The notes under the pieces were generated by a model, which was not told the origin of the DNA, searched no databases, and saw nothing but the letters and a program-made list of their open reading frames with translations. A stretch of 60,000 nt of DNA from Lytechinus pictus (Eukaryota), in assembly GCF_037042905.1 (NCBI RefSeq), contig NC_087251.1, forward strand, positions 27,096,001 to 27,156,000, given 5' to 3'. Positions 50,536-60,000 of the stretch are shown one piece after another; positions within the stretch are counted from its first letter, which is position 1, and each line of letters begins with the position of its first letter. Both the position numbers and the translations under genes were made by a program.

Positions 50536-51424
50536 GATTTGGGTATCCTCAAGGTATCCTCAACCAGGCTATACTCGAGACTGAGATATTTTGTCATGTA
50601 ATAATGGGTTTCAGCCACATCGGCGTCATGGGATGGGTCAATTCATTGCTAAAAAAATAAGTCTTTATTTTAAAATGTCGATTTAATGCCCTTAACATTC
50701 CTTCCCCCAGTATAATGTATAAAAATTAATTTGAATAGTTTCCAGTGAAAGCTTTGAGGGTACATTTCACAAATTTAATTTCCCGAAACTGATATACTGC
50801 ATAGTTTAACTTTAAGATTGGGTATTCAGAGAGAGCAAATAATGAATATGATGCTTCACGGATATATAGTTTATGCACAGCAGTTGATAAAAATAGAAAA
50901 GACAAAATACATGATCACCATTAGAATGAAAGCGAGTGGGATCCGAGGGGGGTATATTACAGAGAGTCGTGAAAGAGGGAAAGAGGAGTGAGATTGGGGG
51001 CGGGGGCACGGGCCGGCTGTGTCCCCCCTGGATCCGCCAGTGAGTGGTAAAACCATGGAGCTATTAAGAGACTGTTAAATTTTAAATTCACATTTTATTT
51101 AGGCCTATATTGCATTCTTATTTGCATGTACTACTTCAGTATCATAATTATCTGGAAAATCTAGTCAGGAGTCTGAAACTCTTCGGGATTATTAGGAAAC
51201 TGTTCAGCCGTTTGGCAAAGCGTTGATCTACATTTTGCCACACTCGACCCAGGCCAGTGATCGAATATGTTATAGCAAATTAAGACCCTTGTAGTATCTT
51301 TGGTTATAGATGGATGCCCGGATTTTCCTCGAACTATACTGAAAAGACAGTTATGCCATAACGGGGCAGCCGGGGTAATAGGCCGAGTATGTGTAATATG
51401 CAACATAAATAAATATTGTATTAA

Positions 51425-52195
51425 AGGGATGCTCCTTGCTGAAGAAATAGAGTAAAATTCACAAACAAAATGCTATGACAATTTGATCAAAATCGGATAA
51501 CAAATAATGAAGTTATTGAATTTTAAAGATTTGCGGTGAAACAGTTTTAGTCATGTCTTCGTGAATATTCATTAAGTGGGCTGATGATGTCATATTCCCA
51601 CTTGTTCTTTTGTATTTCATTATATGAAATTAGGTTTATTCACAATTTTCTGCAAGAACTAAAAAAATTGGAATGACATCTGATTAAGTGCATTAGTTAT
51701 TTCTTGCTGCAACTTATTTCATCATATGATGGAGACACATCATTTACACATTAATGAAAAAATGAAACTATGATTTCATGTAATAACATATTTATGTTAA
51801 AGAAAAAAGGAAAGTGGTGATGTTACATCATCAGCCACCTAATGAATATTTATGAAGACATGCCTAGCAGGGGCCGCGGAAGCGGGGGGGGGGGGCTGGG
51901 GGGGCTTCAGCCCCCCACTTTTTTCCAAAACCGTGTACAAAAACGTAAAAATTACCACAGGATTGTGGTTTTTTGCATGGTCAGCCCCACCCCACTTGTG
52001 GCTCAGCCCCCCCCCCCCCACTTTGAAAACCGTTCCGCGGCCCATGCCTAGAACTGTTTCACCAGAATAATGCAAATCTTTAAAATTCAATTATAACTTC
52101 GTTATTTGTTATCCGATTTTCATGAAATTTTCAGTATTTTGCTATGTGAATTTTTCTCTAATTATTTAGATATAAATATCTTCATCCTGGAGTAT
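51425..52195. mobile_element. Kolobok-like palindromic MITE carrying a nested insertion
   Basis: TTAA|AGGGATGCTCC left end; inverted arms (AAAATCGGATAACAAATAA / TTATTTGTTATCCGATTTT); right end degenerate. Confidence 0.65.
51868..52046. mobile_element. MITE with 5-bp TSD (second copy of the 1717-1890 family), nested
   Basis: CAGGGGCCGCGGAA...TTCCGCGGCCCATG; CCTAG duplicated at 51863-51867 and 52047-52051. Confidence 0.85.
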
Positions 52196-52241
52196 CTTGG
52201 TATAAACTCGTTGCATATATTATTTCTATCATAACAGGTCA

Positions 52242-53024
52242 CAGTGGCGTACCGTGGGTCAAGGCATTGGTGGGGGGGGGGCACCAGCAAAAATTTTGAG
52301 TCACTTAGTGGGCGCGCGGCGAAATTGCCAGGTATACTACCTTATGGAGACTTTTAAGGACTGTGCCATGTATCTCACTGATCAAATATTGCGAGCGCGA
52401 AGCGCGAGCTCAATTTTTTTTATATTCAGACGTTATTAAAGGGACCATATAAGCAAATTTTTGGATTCATGATACATGCGAGCGCGAAGCGCGAGCTGAA
52501 ATTTTTGTATACTAGCGCAAGCTGAAAATTTTGGATATTCAGACCACAAAAGTGGACATTTTAGCGGTTGTTTTTAGAAATTCAAGAAGAGCAGACATAT
52601 CTCACCAATTCACTAATGCGAACAAGCCCAGACTGGACAAGTTTTATATTCAGACCTTAAAAGGGGGCAATCACTTTAAATAATTTATGAAAAAGAAGCA
52701 TATGTCACTACCAAATATAACGCTAACTCGAAGTGCGAGGAAATAATCATATATGGTGTATATTAACTTGAAAACAGGATTTTTTTAGTACAACAGGATT
52801 ATATTATCTCATTAAACAGAAAATGCGAGAACCAGGAATAATGAACGCATAGGCCTTAGCAAATTTGTTTCATAAAGCTACAAAAAAAACATAATACAAT
52901 ACAATTTCTTCTTCCCTACTACGTTTCTCGTTCTCCTTTTTTCTCCTTTTCTTCCTTTTTTTTCGGCCAGCCGATTAGGGGGGGAGGGGGCACGTGCCCC
53001 CATGCCCCCGTAGTTACGCCACTG
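52242..53024 (+). mobile_element. hAT-like non-autonomous element (CAGTGGCGTA TIR, 8-bp TSD)
   Basis: CAGTGGCGTA ... TACGCCACTG; ACAGGTCA at 52234-52241 and 53025-53032. Confidence 0.9.
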
Positions 53025-54467
53025 ACAGGTCATATAAAGTCATTAAAAAGGATTAGCAATTTGATACATGGTAAAATAAATGGGGACACGATCGCCCCAG
53101 GAAAAAAAAACTGTTCATCATAAAAAGGGTAAAATTTCTTTCGTATGTTTATATCCGATATATTTTCAAATATTCACGCATCAATGAGCAAGAAAAGTTT
53201 GAAATTTCAATGTTAAACTTATTGTTATATTTTTAATATAGGGCCCAATTTGTAAAATGATTAGGATAGAAATTTAAAGATGATTAGGGTGGAAATTGAT
53301 TTACATATACAGGCCTAACGCTGAACTACTTGAGATTTACTATATCATTAACATTTTCTTTTGAAATCAGGACACATAACGAGGGAACCCTGCTGCTCTC
53401 ATCTTTAATGTCTTTCAGTGGACACAGACACAAATAAATCAAACAATATTCAATAAAATGTTTGTAAACAAAGTGATGAAATAGTGATTCATTAAATTAT
53501 TGAAAGAAAGGACACAAAACAAGAAAATATCAGGAGGTAAATTAACTCACCTGTTCTTGGCAGAGAGCATTCTCCTTGAAAGGGATGGGTGCTGTATAAC
53601 TTTGTTAAAGTCTTTTGTGTGAGCTGAGGCAGCCGTATACACTGAAGAGCTCTTCCAAGATAGCACTGTCGTCTGTTAGGATCGTAATTCAACCAGATAT
53701 CAAGAGCATCATTTTTAGAAATTCAAGAAGAGCGGACATATCTCACCAATTCACTAATGCGAACAAGCCCAGACTGGACAAGTTTTATATTCCGACCTTA
53801 AAAGGGGGCAATCACTTTAAATAATTTATGAAAAAGAAGCATATGTCACTACCAAAAATAACGCTAACTCGAAGTGCGAGGAAATAATCATATATGGTGT
53901 ATATTGACTTGAAAACATGATTTTTTTAGTACAACAGGATTATAATATCTCATTAAACAGAAAATGCGAGAACCAGGAATGATGAACGCATAGGCCTTAG
54001 CAAATTTGTTTCATAAAGCTACAAAAAAAAACATAATACAATATAATTTCTTCTTCCCTACTACGTTTCTCGTTCTCCTTTTTCTCCTTTTTTTTTTTTT
54101 TTCGGCCAGCCGATTGGGCGGGGGGGGGGGGGGACACGTGTCCCCATGCCCCCGTAGTTACGCCACTGACAGGTCATATAAAATCATTAAAAAAGGATTA
54201 GCAATTTGATACATGGTAAAATAAATGGGGACACGATCGCCCCAGGAAAAAAAACTGTTCATCATAAAAAGGGTAAAATTTCTTTCGTATGTTTATATCC
54301 GATATATTTTCAAATATTCACGCATCAATGAGCAAGAAAAGTTTGAAATTTCAATGTGAAACTTATTGTTATATTTTTAATATAGGGCCCATTTTGTAAA
54401 ATGATTAGGATAGAAATTTAAAGATGAATTAGGATGGAAATTGATTTACATATACAGGCCTAACGCT
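52571..54467 (+). repeat. ~750-bp direct duplication (52571-53323 and 53712-54467) flanking a KLHL28 fragment
   Basis: Near-identical sequence including non-transposon flank. Confidence 0.9.
53324..53711 (-). pseudogene. Duplicated KLHL28 fragment (3' end of BTB/BACK exon plus following intron)
   Basis: Aligns to 47661-48064 with small indels; translation NYDPNRRQCYLGRALQCIRLPQLTQKTLTKLYSTHPF followed by a 2-nt deletion. Confidence 0.9.
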
Positions 54468-54627
54468 CAGGGCCGTAGCTAGAGGGGGGTATGGGGGGGT
54501 GTGACACCCCCCCCCCAACATTCATGGCAGTCGGCAAAATCATGTACCAGTTGGCAAAATGGAGGATAGGGGAGAAAAAGAAAGAGGGAAAGAAAGGAAG
54601 AGAAAAAAAGAAAGGAGAGAGGGGGAG

Positions 54628-54706
<79 letters not shown>

Positions 54707-54708
54707 AA

Positions 54709-54804
<96 letters not shown>

Positions 54805-56503
54805 AAAAAAAAATGAAAGAAAAAAAAAATGAAAGAAAAATAGAGGTATCAACTTCGAAGAAGGTTACGACTTATGGAGTAAAGACAACCAGTTGGCAAA
54901 TCCAAGTCCATGTAGCCAGGCTTAGAGCCCTACTAGTCAGCAAAATACAAAGGACAAAACAGATGGAGCTATAATAACGCACGAAGTATGCTCCCGGTCC
55001 TCCCCCAATATAAACAAGCTTGTGAGTTTGCAAATTATACCACAATTATTGACGATTTAACAAATACATTAGTTTGTAAAATTAGAGGCAAGACAAAGTG
55101 ATGTAAAGTACTGCCCCGTTTCAGAACTGAAAAGAACAGAACACAAGACTTAAAAAACTGGTAACTCTGCAGTTGGCAAATTCATGAAGACAAGTGTACA
55201 ACTTAAAGACTTGTCTACAAGTTTGCAGTTGGCAAAAAACACAAGTTATTATTGTTTTATGTCGTGATATATGCCTTTTTCATGACTATATACTTAAAGT
55301 GATTGCCCCCTTTTAAGGCCTATTTATATAAAACATTTCCAGTCTGTGTTTACGTTCGCACTGGTGTGGACCGATATAGGTACCGGGCTGGTGTTAAATC
55401 AACACCGGCGTTTTTTTTGCAGTGCATGAATTCCTAGACAGTCCTTAAAATGTCCCTTTTTCTGATCTAATTATAACAAATTTTCAGCTCGCGCTTCGCG
55501 CTCGCATCATTTGATTAGTGAAATAGTAAATTCCTACAAACAAGCCATAGAATGCCCCTCTTCAGGTCTGAATTTCAAAAATTGTCAGCTTGCGCTTCTC
55601 GCCCGCAATATTTCATTATTAAAATACGTATCATGTTCATGATTACAATGACCACAAAAAGTGCTTCATGTGCTCAGGTGTAATTATAACAAAATCAGCA
55701 AGCGCTTGGCGCTTGCATTAGATGACTATGATGAGATACGTACGCACTTCATGAATTCCAAAATATAGTCCTTAAAATGTCAATTTTTAGGGTCAAGTTA
55801 TACAAAAAATTTCCGCTCGCGCTTCGCGCTCGCATTGTTTGTTTTGTGAGACAGGTACATATCATGATTACAAAACTTTGCTTATAATGTCCCTTTTTAG
55901 GACTGAATATCAAACATTTTCAGCTCGCGCTTCGCGCTCGCATTATTTGATCACTAAGATACATATCCGTTTAATTGCACAGTCCTTAAAATGTCTCTAT
56001 TAGGTCAGTATACCTGGCAATTGAGCGCGCTTCGCGCGCCCACTTAATGACTCAAAATTTTTGCTGGTCCCCCCAAATGCCGCGACCCACGGCACGCCAC
56101 TGTTAGCAGTAGCACTCTTGAAATTTTAGTTGAGACATCTTGCACAGAAGGTCAATTAAAAATTAACAAATCTTTGATTTTGATATTATTAATGCATAGG
56201 GTATATCATTATACTGCAAGTTAGCAACTACGGCACACTAGCCTTTCTATTTTGATCCAAAATGTTTTATTTTTACAGTGCAAATATCTTTGTATAATTT
56301 ACTTTAAAGTATTCACCAAATGCCACTAATTTAATTCTAAGAATTCAAAATCTTTTGGCATGTGATTATTGTAGGGGGGGGGGCACATCCCCCATCAGAC
56401 TCCCCATGTGCTCACGTTGGCGCTGTCACGCCAAATTTAGTTGGCAAATTTAGCTGGTACACCCCCCCCCCCCCCCAACAAAATGCTTCTGGCTACGGCC
56501 CTG
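54468..56503. mobile_element. ~2-kb hAT-like non-autonomous/composite element
   Basis: TIR CAGGGCCGTAGC(T/C)AGA; TSD CTAACGCT (54460-54467) / CTAACGTT (56504-56511); contains (GAAA)n and an inverted CAGTGGCG-family segment (~55270-56102). Confidence 0.82.
54629..54806. repeat. (GAAA)n microsatellite
   Basis: More than 40 units with one interruption. Confidence 0.95.
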
Positions 56504-56529
56504 CTAACGTTGAAAAAATAAACTTTTTA

Positions 56530-56738
56530 TTATAAATTTTTACTAGAAATATAAATTAAAGTAAAATATTAATGACAGTTTATGTCATTCTTCGTATAAT
56601 TTAGACAGGAGCTGGAGCTCCTGACCTGGACTATTATAAATGTTTACTAGAAATATAAATTAAAGTAAAATATTAATGACAGTTTATGTCATTCTTCGTA
56701 TAATTTAGACAGGAGCTGAAGCTCCTGACCTGGACTAT
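56530..56738. repeat. 104-bp tandem duplication (2 copies)
   Basis: TACTAGAAATATAAATTAAAG...CCTGACCTGGACTA at 56541 and 56645. Confidence 0.9.
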
Positions 56739-57296
56739 GGAAAAAAAACAGGTCTAACATTTTTAACATAAATTGTTATCATGATATTTCCTTTTCCCCT
56801 ATTTATTACGGCAGCCAAGCTACAGCTGGGGTAATAATATCCAAGTCCTTTGGAAGCGCATAGAGACATTATTCATAATTGTGATATGCGCTATACAAGA
56901 ACTGTTTATTATTATTATTATTATTATTTCGCGTTACATAGTTTGCATTGGTTTAGTCTTAATAACTTATCACTTTAATCTTTTGGTTCACTAAAGTAAT
57001 GTTTTAAAACATCTGAAAACTTTCATAGTGATTTTTGATCAAATTAACAATTTTTCATATTTTTATTCTAAATTTTAATACATGAAAGCTGTATTTTTTT
57101 AAACTAAGAATGATGCGATTCACCAAGGGGGTAAATACATGGTCTACTTTTTAGACTAGTTTGGAGTGACAGTTTTGGGCAGCGAGCTAGCTAGCCACGC
57201 ACGCAAATAACACACAAGCAATATTGCATACATTTTTATGTGAAAAGCTGCGCTGGAACAATTAAAGCAAGATCACAACATTCTACGGTACTCAAC

Positions 57297-57404
57297 ATGG
57301 ACGAAGATAAAGGAGAAACATGGGGTATTATACTACTTTCGCTTGCGATGTTGATCGGTTGTTACATTGCTGGATCAGTCCCTCTATCCATTACGATGTC
57401 GGAG
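57297..57404 (+). CDS. SLC39A9: Zinc transporter ZIP9, first coding exon (gene continues beyond the window)
   Basis: AACATGG start; MDEDKGETWGIILLSLAMLIGCYIAGSVPLSITMSE matches the ZIP9 N-terminus as recalled ([24 protein letters not shown]); strong donor GAG|GTGAGT. Confidence 0.88.
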
Positions 57405-57618
57405 GTGAGTAACAACAGAAAGTGCCAAACTTCATGATCATCTATCTGCGGTTCCCCTCATCTGCTTCAGGAAACGACGCCGGGTCGGGGTCTGGCTCGG
57501 GGACAGGCATGGTGATGGTGGGGATGGGGCACGGGCCAGAGCAGAGGGCAGAGACATTTATGTGGTAGATCTATGTGCCAAGGAGAATAGCCCAAGGCCG
57601 ATTGCAGGAAAGGATCAA

Positions 57619-58780
57619 GGCGCTAGTGTAGTTTCGCACCTCCCCGTTTAATGGTTTTCAAACATGTACAATCTCATCCTAAATAATTCACAACCTAAAA
57701 TACTTGCAAAAGTTGCATCTGAGCCTCCAAAGTCCAGTAGAAGTTGAATATTTGCCGTTTTGACACTTTTTTACAAAGTTTTACACCTATTTCGGAATCA
57801 CTTGGTCGCTTGATCAAGCTCAGCGCTGCACATAAGCAGTCGGTACGCGTACAGTACGTACCACCTAGTGAAGTGCAAGAAGAGCGAGTTTTTCTATGGT
57901 ATCTTCAAAAAGATTTTTTCCCCTCTTTCAGCTTGCACCAAGTATTACGGTAGTGGTTGTGCAGAGTGGTTGATGTTTGTTGTGTGAAGGTATGTGTGTG
58001 GGGTGTGTGTGATTTTTTGAATGAAATAAGAAATGTGAAAACACCCCACACACACCTTCACACAACAAACATCAACCACTCTGCACAACCACTACCGTAA
58101 TACTTGGTGCAAGCTGAAAGAGGGGAAAAAAAATCTTTTTGAAGATACCATAGAAAAACTCGCTCTTCTTCAGCGCTGAGCTTCAAGCGACCGAGTGATT
58201 CCGAAATAGGTGTAAATGTAAAACTTTGTAAAAAAAAGTGTCAAAACTGCAAATACAGTACGTACCACCTAGTGAAGTGCAAGAAGAGCGAGTTTTTCTA
58301 TGGTATCTTCAAAAAGATTTTTTCCCCTCTTTCAGCTTGCACCAAGTATTACGGTAGTGGTTGTGCAGAGTGGTTGATGTTTGTTGTGTGAAGGTATGTG
58401 TGTGGGGTGTGTGTGATTTTTTGAATGAAATAAGAAATGTGAAAACACCCCACACACACCTTCACACAACAAACATCAACCACTCTGCACAACCACTACC
58501 GTAATACTTGGTGCAAGCTGAAAGAGGGGAAAAAAAATCTTTTTGAAGATACCATAGAAAAACTCGCTCTTCTTCAGCGCTGAGCTTCAAGCGACCGAGT
58601 GATTCCGAAATAGGTGTAAATGTAAAACTTTGTAAAAAAAAGTGTCAAAACTGCAAATATTCAACTTCTACTGGACTTTGGAGGCTCAGATGCAAGTATT
58701 TTAGGTTGTGAATTATTTAGGGTGAGATTGTACATGTTTGAAAACCATTAAACGGGGAGGTGCGAAACTACACTAGCGCC
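57619..58780. mobile_element. Foldback element with very long TIRs and an internal 404-bp tandem duplication, in SLC39A9 intron 1
   Basis: GGCGCTAGTGTAGTTTCGCACC... / ...GGTGCGAAACTACACTAGCGCC; 8-bp TSD AGGATCAA (57611-57618) / AGGATCTA (58781-58788); 57850-58253 repeated at 58254-58657. Confidence 0.88.
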
Positions 58781-60000
58781 AGGATCTACTCTTTGCCACT
58801 TGTTCACTGCAACCACCCTGCCTGTTGGGAATCTACAGGTTGGACTATGGCATGCCAATGCTGTACAGAGCACACACTTTAAAAAATGATTAAGATATCA
58901 CTTTTGTGACCAAAATTACTAATTTCCGTACAGTTGCAATTTATTTTTCATTAGTAACTTGGGAATAATTTTTGTATTCACGAGAGCGCTCAAAAACTTG
59001 AATTTTGGGCATATTTTTGTGTACGCCCTCTATTGGTGAAAAATAATATGGCAAGAAAATTTTCATTTTTTAATCTCTATTTTTAATTAAGAAAAAAATA
59101 ATTTAAAGAATCAAATTTACTTAGGGGCCAAGTTGTATGACGAATAGGTGTAATGGAAACTGTCAGTGTAAAAAAATCAAGCATTTGTCCCAAAGAAAAA
59201 GAGAAAATAAGCCAAACATTGCCATCCTTATTTTGCCACACATGGAGATATAACTGAGAACAAGGTTATATCATAACCTTGTTCATTGAATGATTGCTCT
59301 TTGCAAGAACCGTCTTTCATGCATGTAGCCCATTTATTTAATTTATTGCGCTATGTGAAACGCATTTTCAATAAATTACCTGCAAAAGAGCAAACATTTT
59401 GTCTGTAGCCTAGATCTACTAGATCTAAGTCCCGGGGGGGGGGGGGGCACTCAATATATATGCGTGGACCGTGGTGGGTATGTGCCGTGGAGAGGACCCC
59501 CCATTTTTACACTCAAATTTTTGTTCCAAGGCATACCATTTTATCTTGTTGAGAAAAAGAATAAAGAAAGCCGCGCGCTCCAAAGCATATATAGCATTTT
59601 TTCCTTATCGAGAAAAAAGAAGAAAGAAATCCGCTTCAAAGCTCTGCAATTTTTTGTCACGCCATTTCGGCCGCTTTGGTCCGCTACCATCGCCTCTGCG
59701 CGAGCGCACCCAGCGCCGGTGCCGCCAGGCTAGCTACGCTACATGCACGTTGGACAGCTGGCAGCCGTCTGTTTCGAGGAGTTTTTTGAAAACATTTTTT
59801 TTTTTTTTAAATTTCTCGTACACAGATGGCTCGCGATCGTGCAGCCACCATTAGGGGGTTGATAATGCAAAATCCCCCGACGGGGCTCATCGATTTTTGT
59901 CTTTATTTCTTAAAAGTATATAACAAGAACTGGACCAAAACAGATTATTTTGTTTTGGCCTGAAATGCATCAAAACGGGAAAAATAAACTTTAAAGGGGA

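Noticed and set aside
54460..54852. K/E/R-rich and F/L/S-rich ORFs
   Set aside because: Translations of the (GAAA)n microsatellite

Overview
AT-rich eukaryotic (animal) genomic DNA with spliceosomal GT-AG introns. The repeat and GPCR content suggests an invertebrate deuterostome, probably a sea urchin (inference). The first 34 kb holds a tandem cluster of intronless, highly divergent class A (rhodopsin-like) GPCR genes. Three copies are intact, four are disrupted (one split by a 2.9-kb CR1/L2-type LINE) and there is one orphan TM7 fragment. The family replaces the canonical DRY, Y5.58, CWxP and NPxxY switches with its own motifs: NK(F/L), N5.58, no TM6 proline and D-x5-W-x2-K. Next come a 5-coding-exon KLHL28 gene on the minus strand (43466-48735) and, head-to-head with it, the first coding exon of SLC39A9/ZIP9 (57297-57404). 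Intergenic and intronic DNA is dense with MITEs (hAT-like, TTAA/Kolobok-like, Harbinger-like, foldback), SINEs, LINE fragments and microsatellites. It also contains a local duplication that captured a piece of KLHL28. No CRISPR, rRNA or bona fide tRNA was seen. All assignments come from manual reading; no database searches were run.
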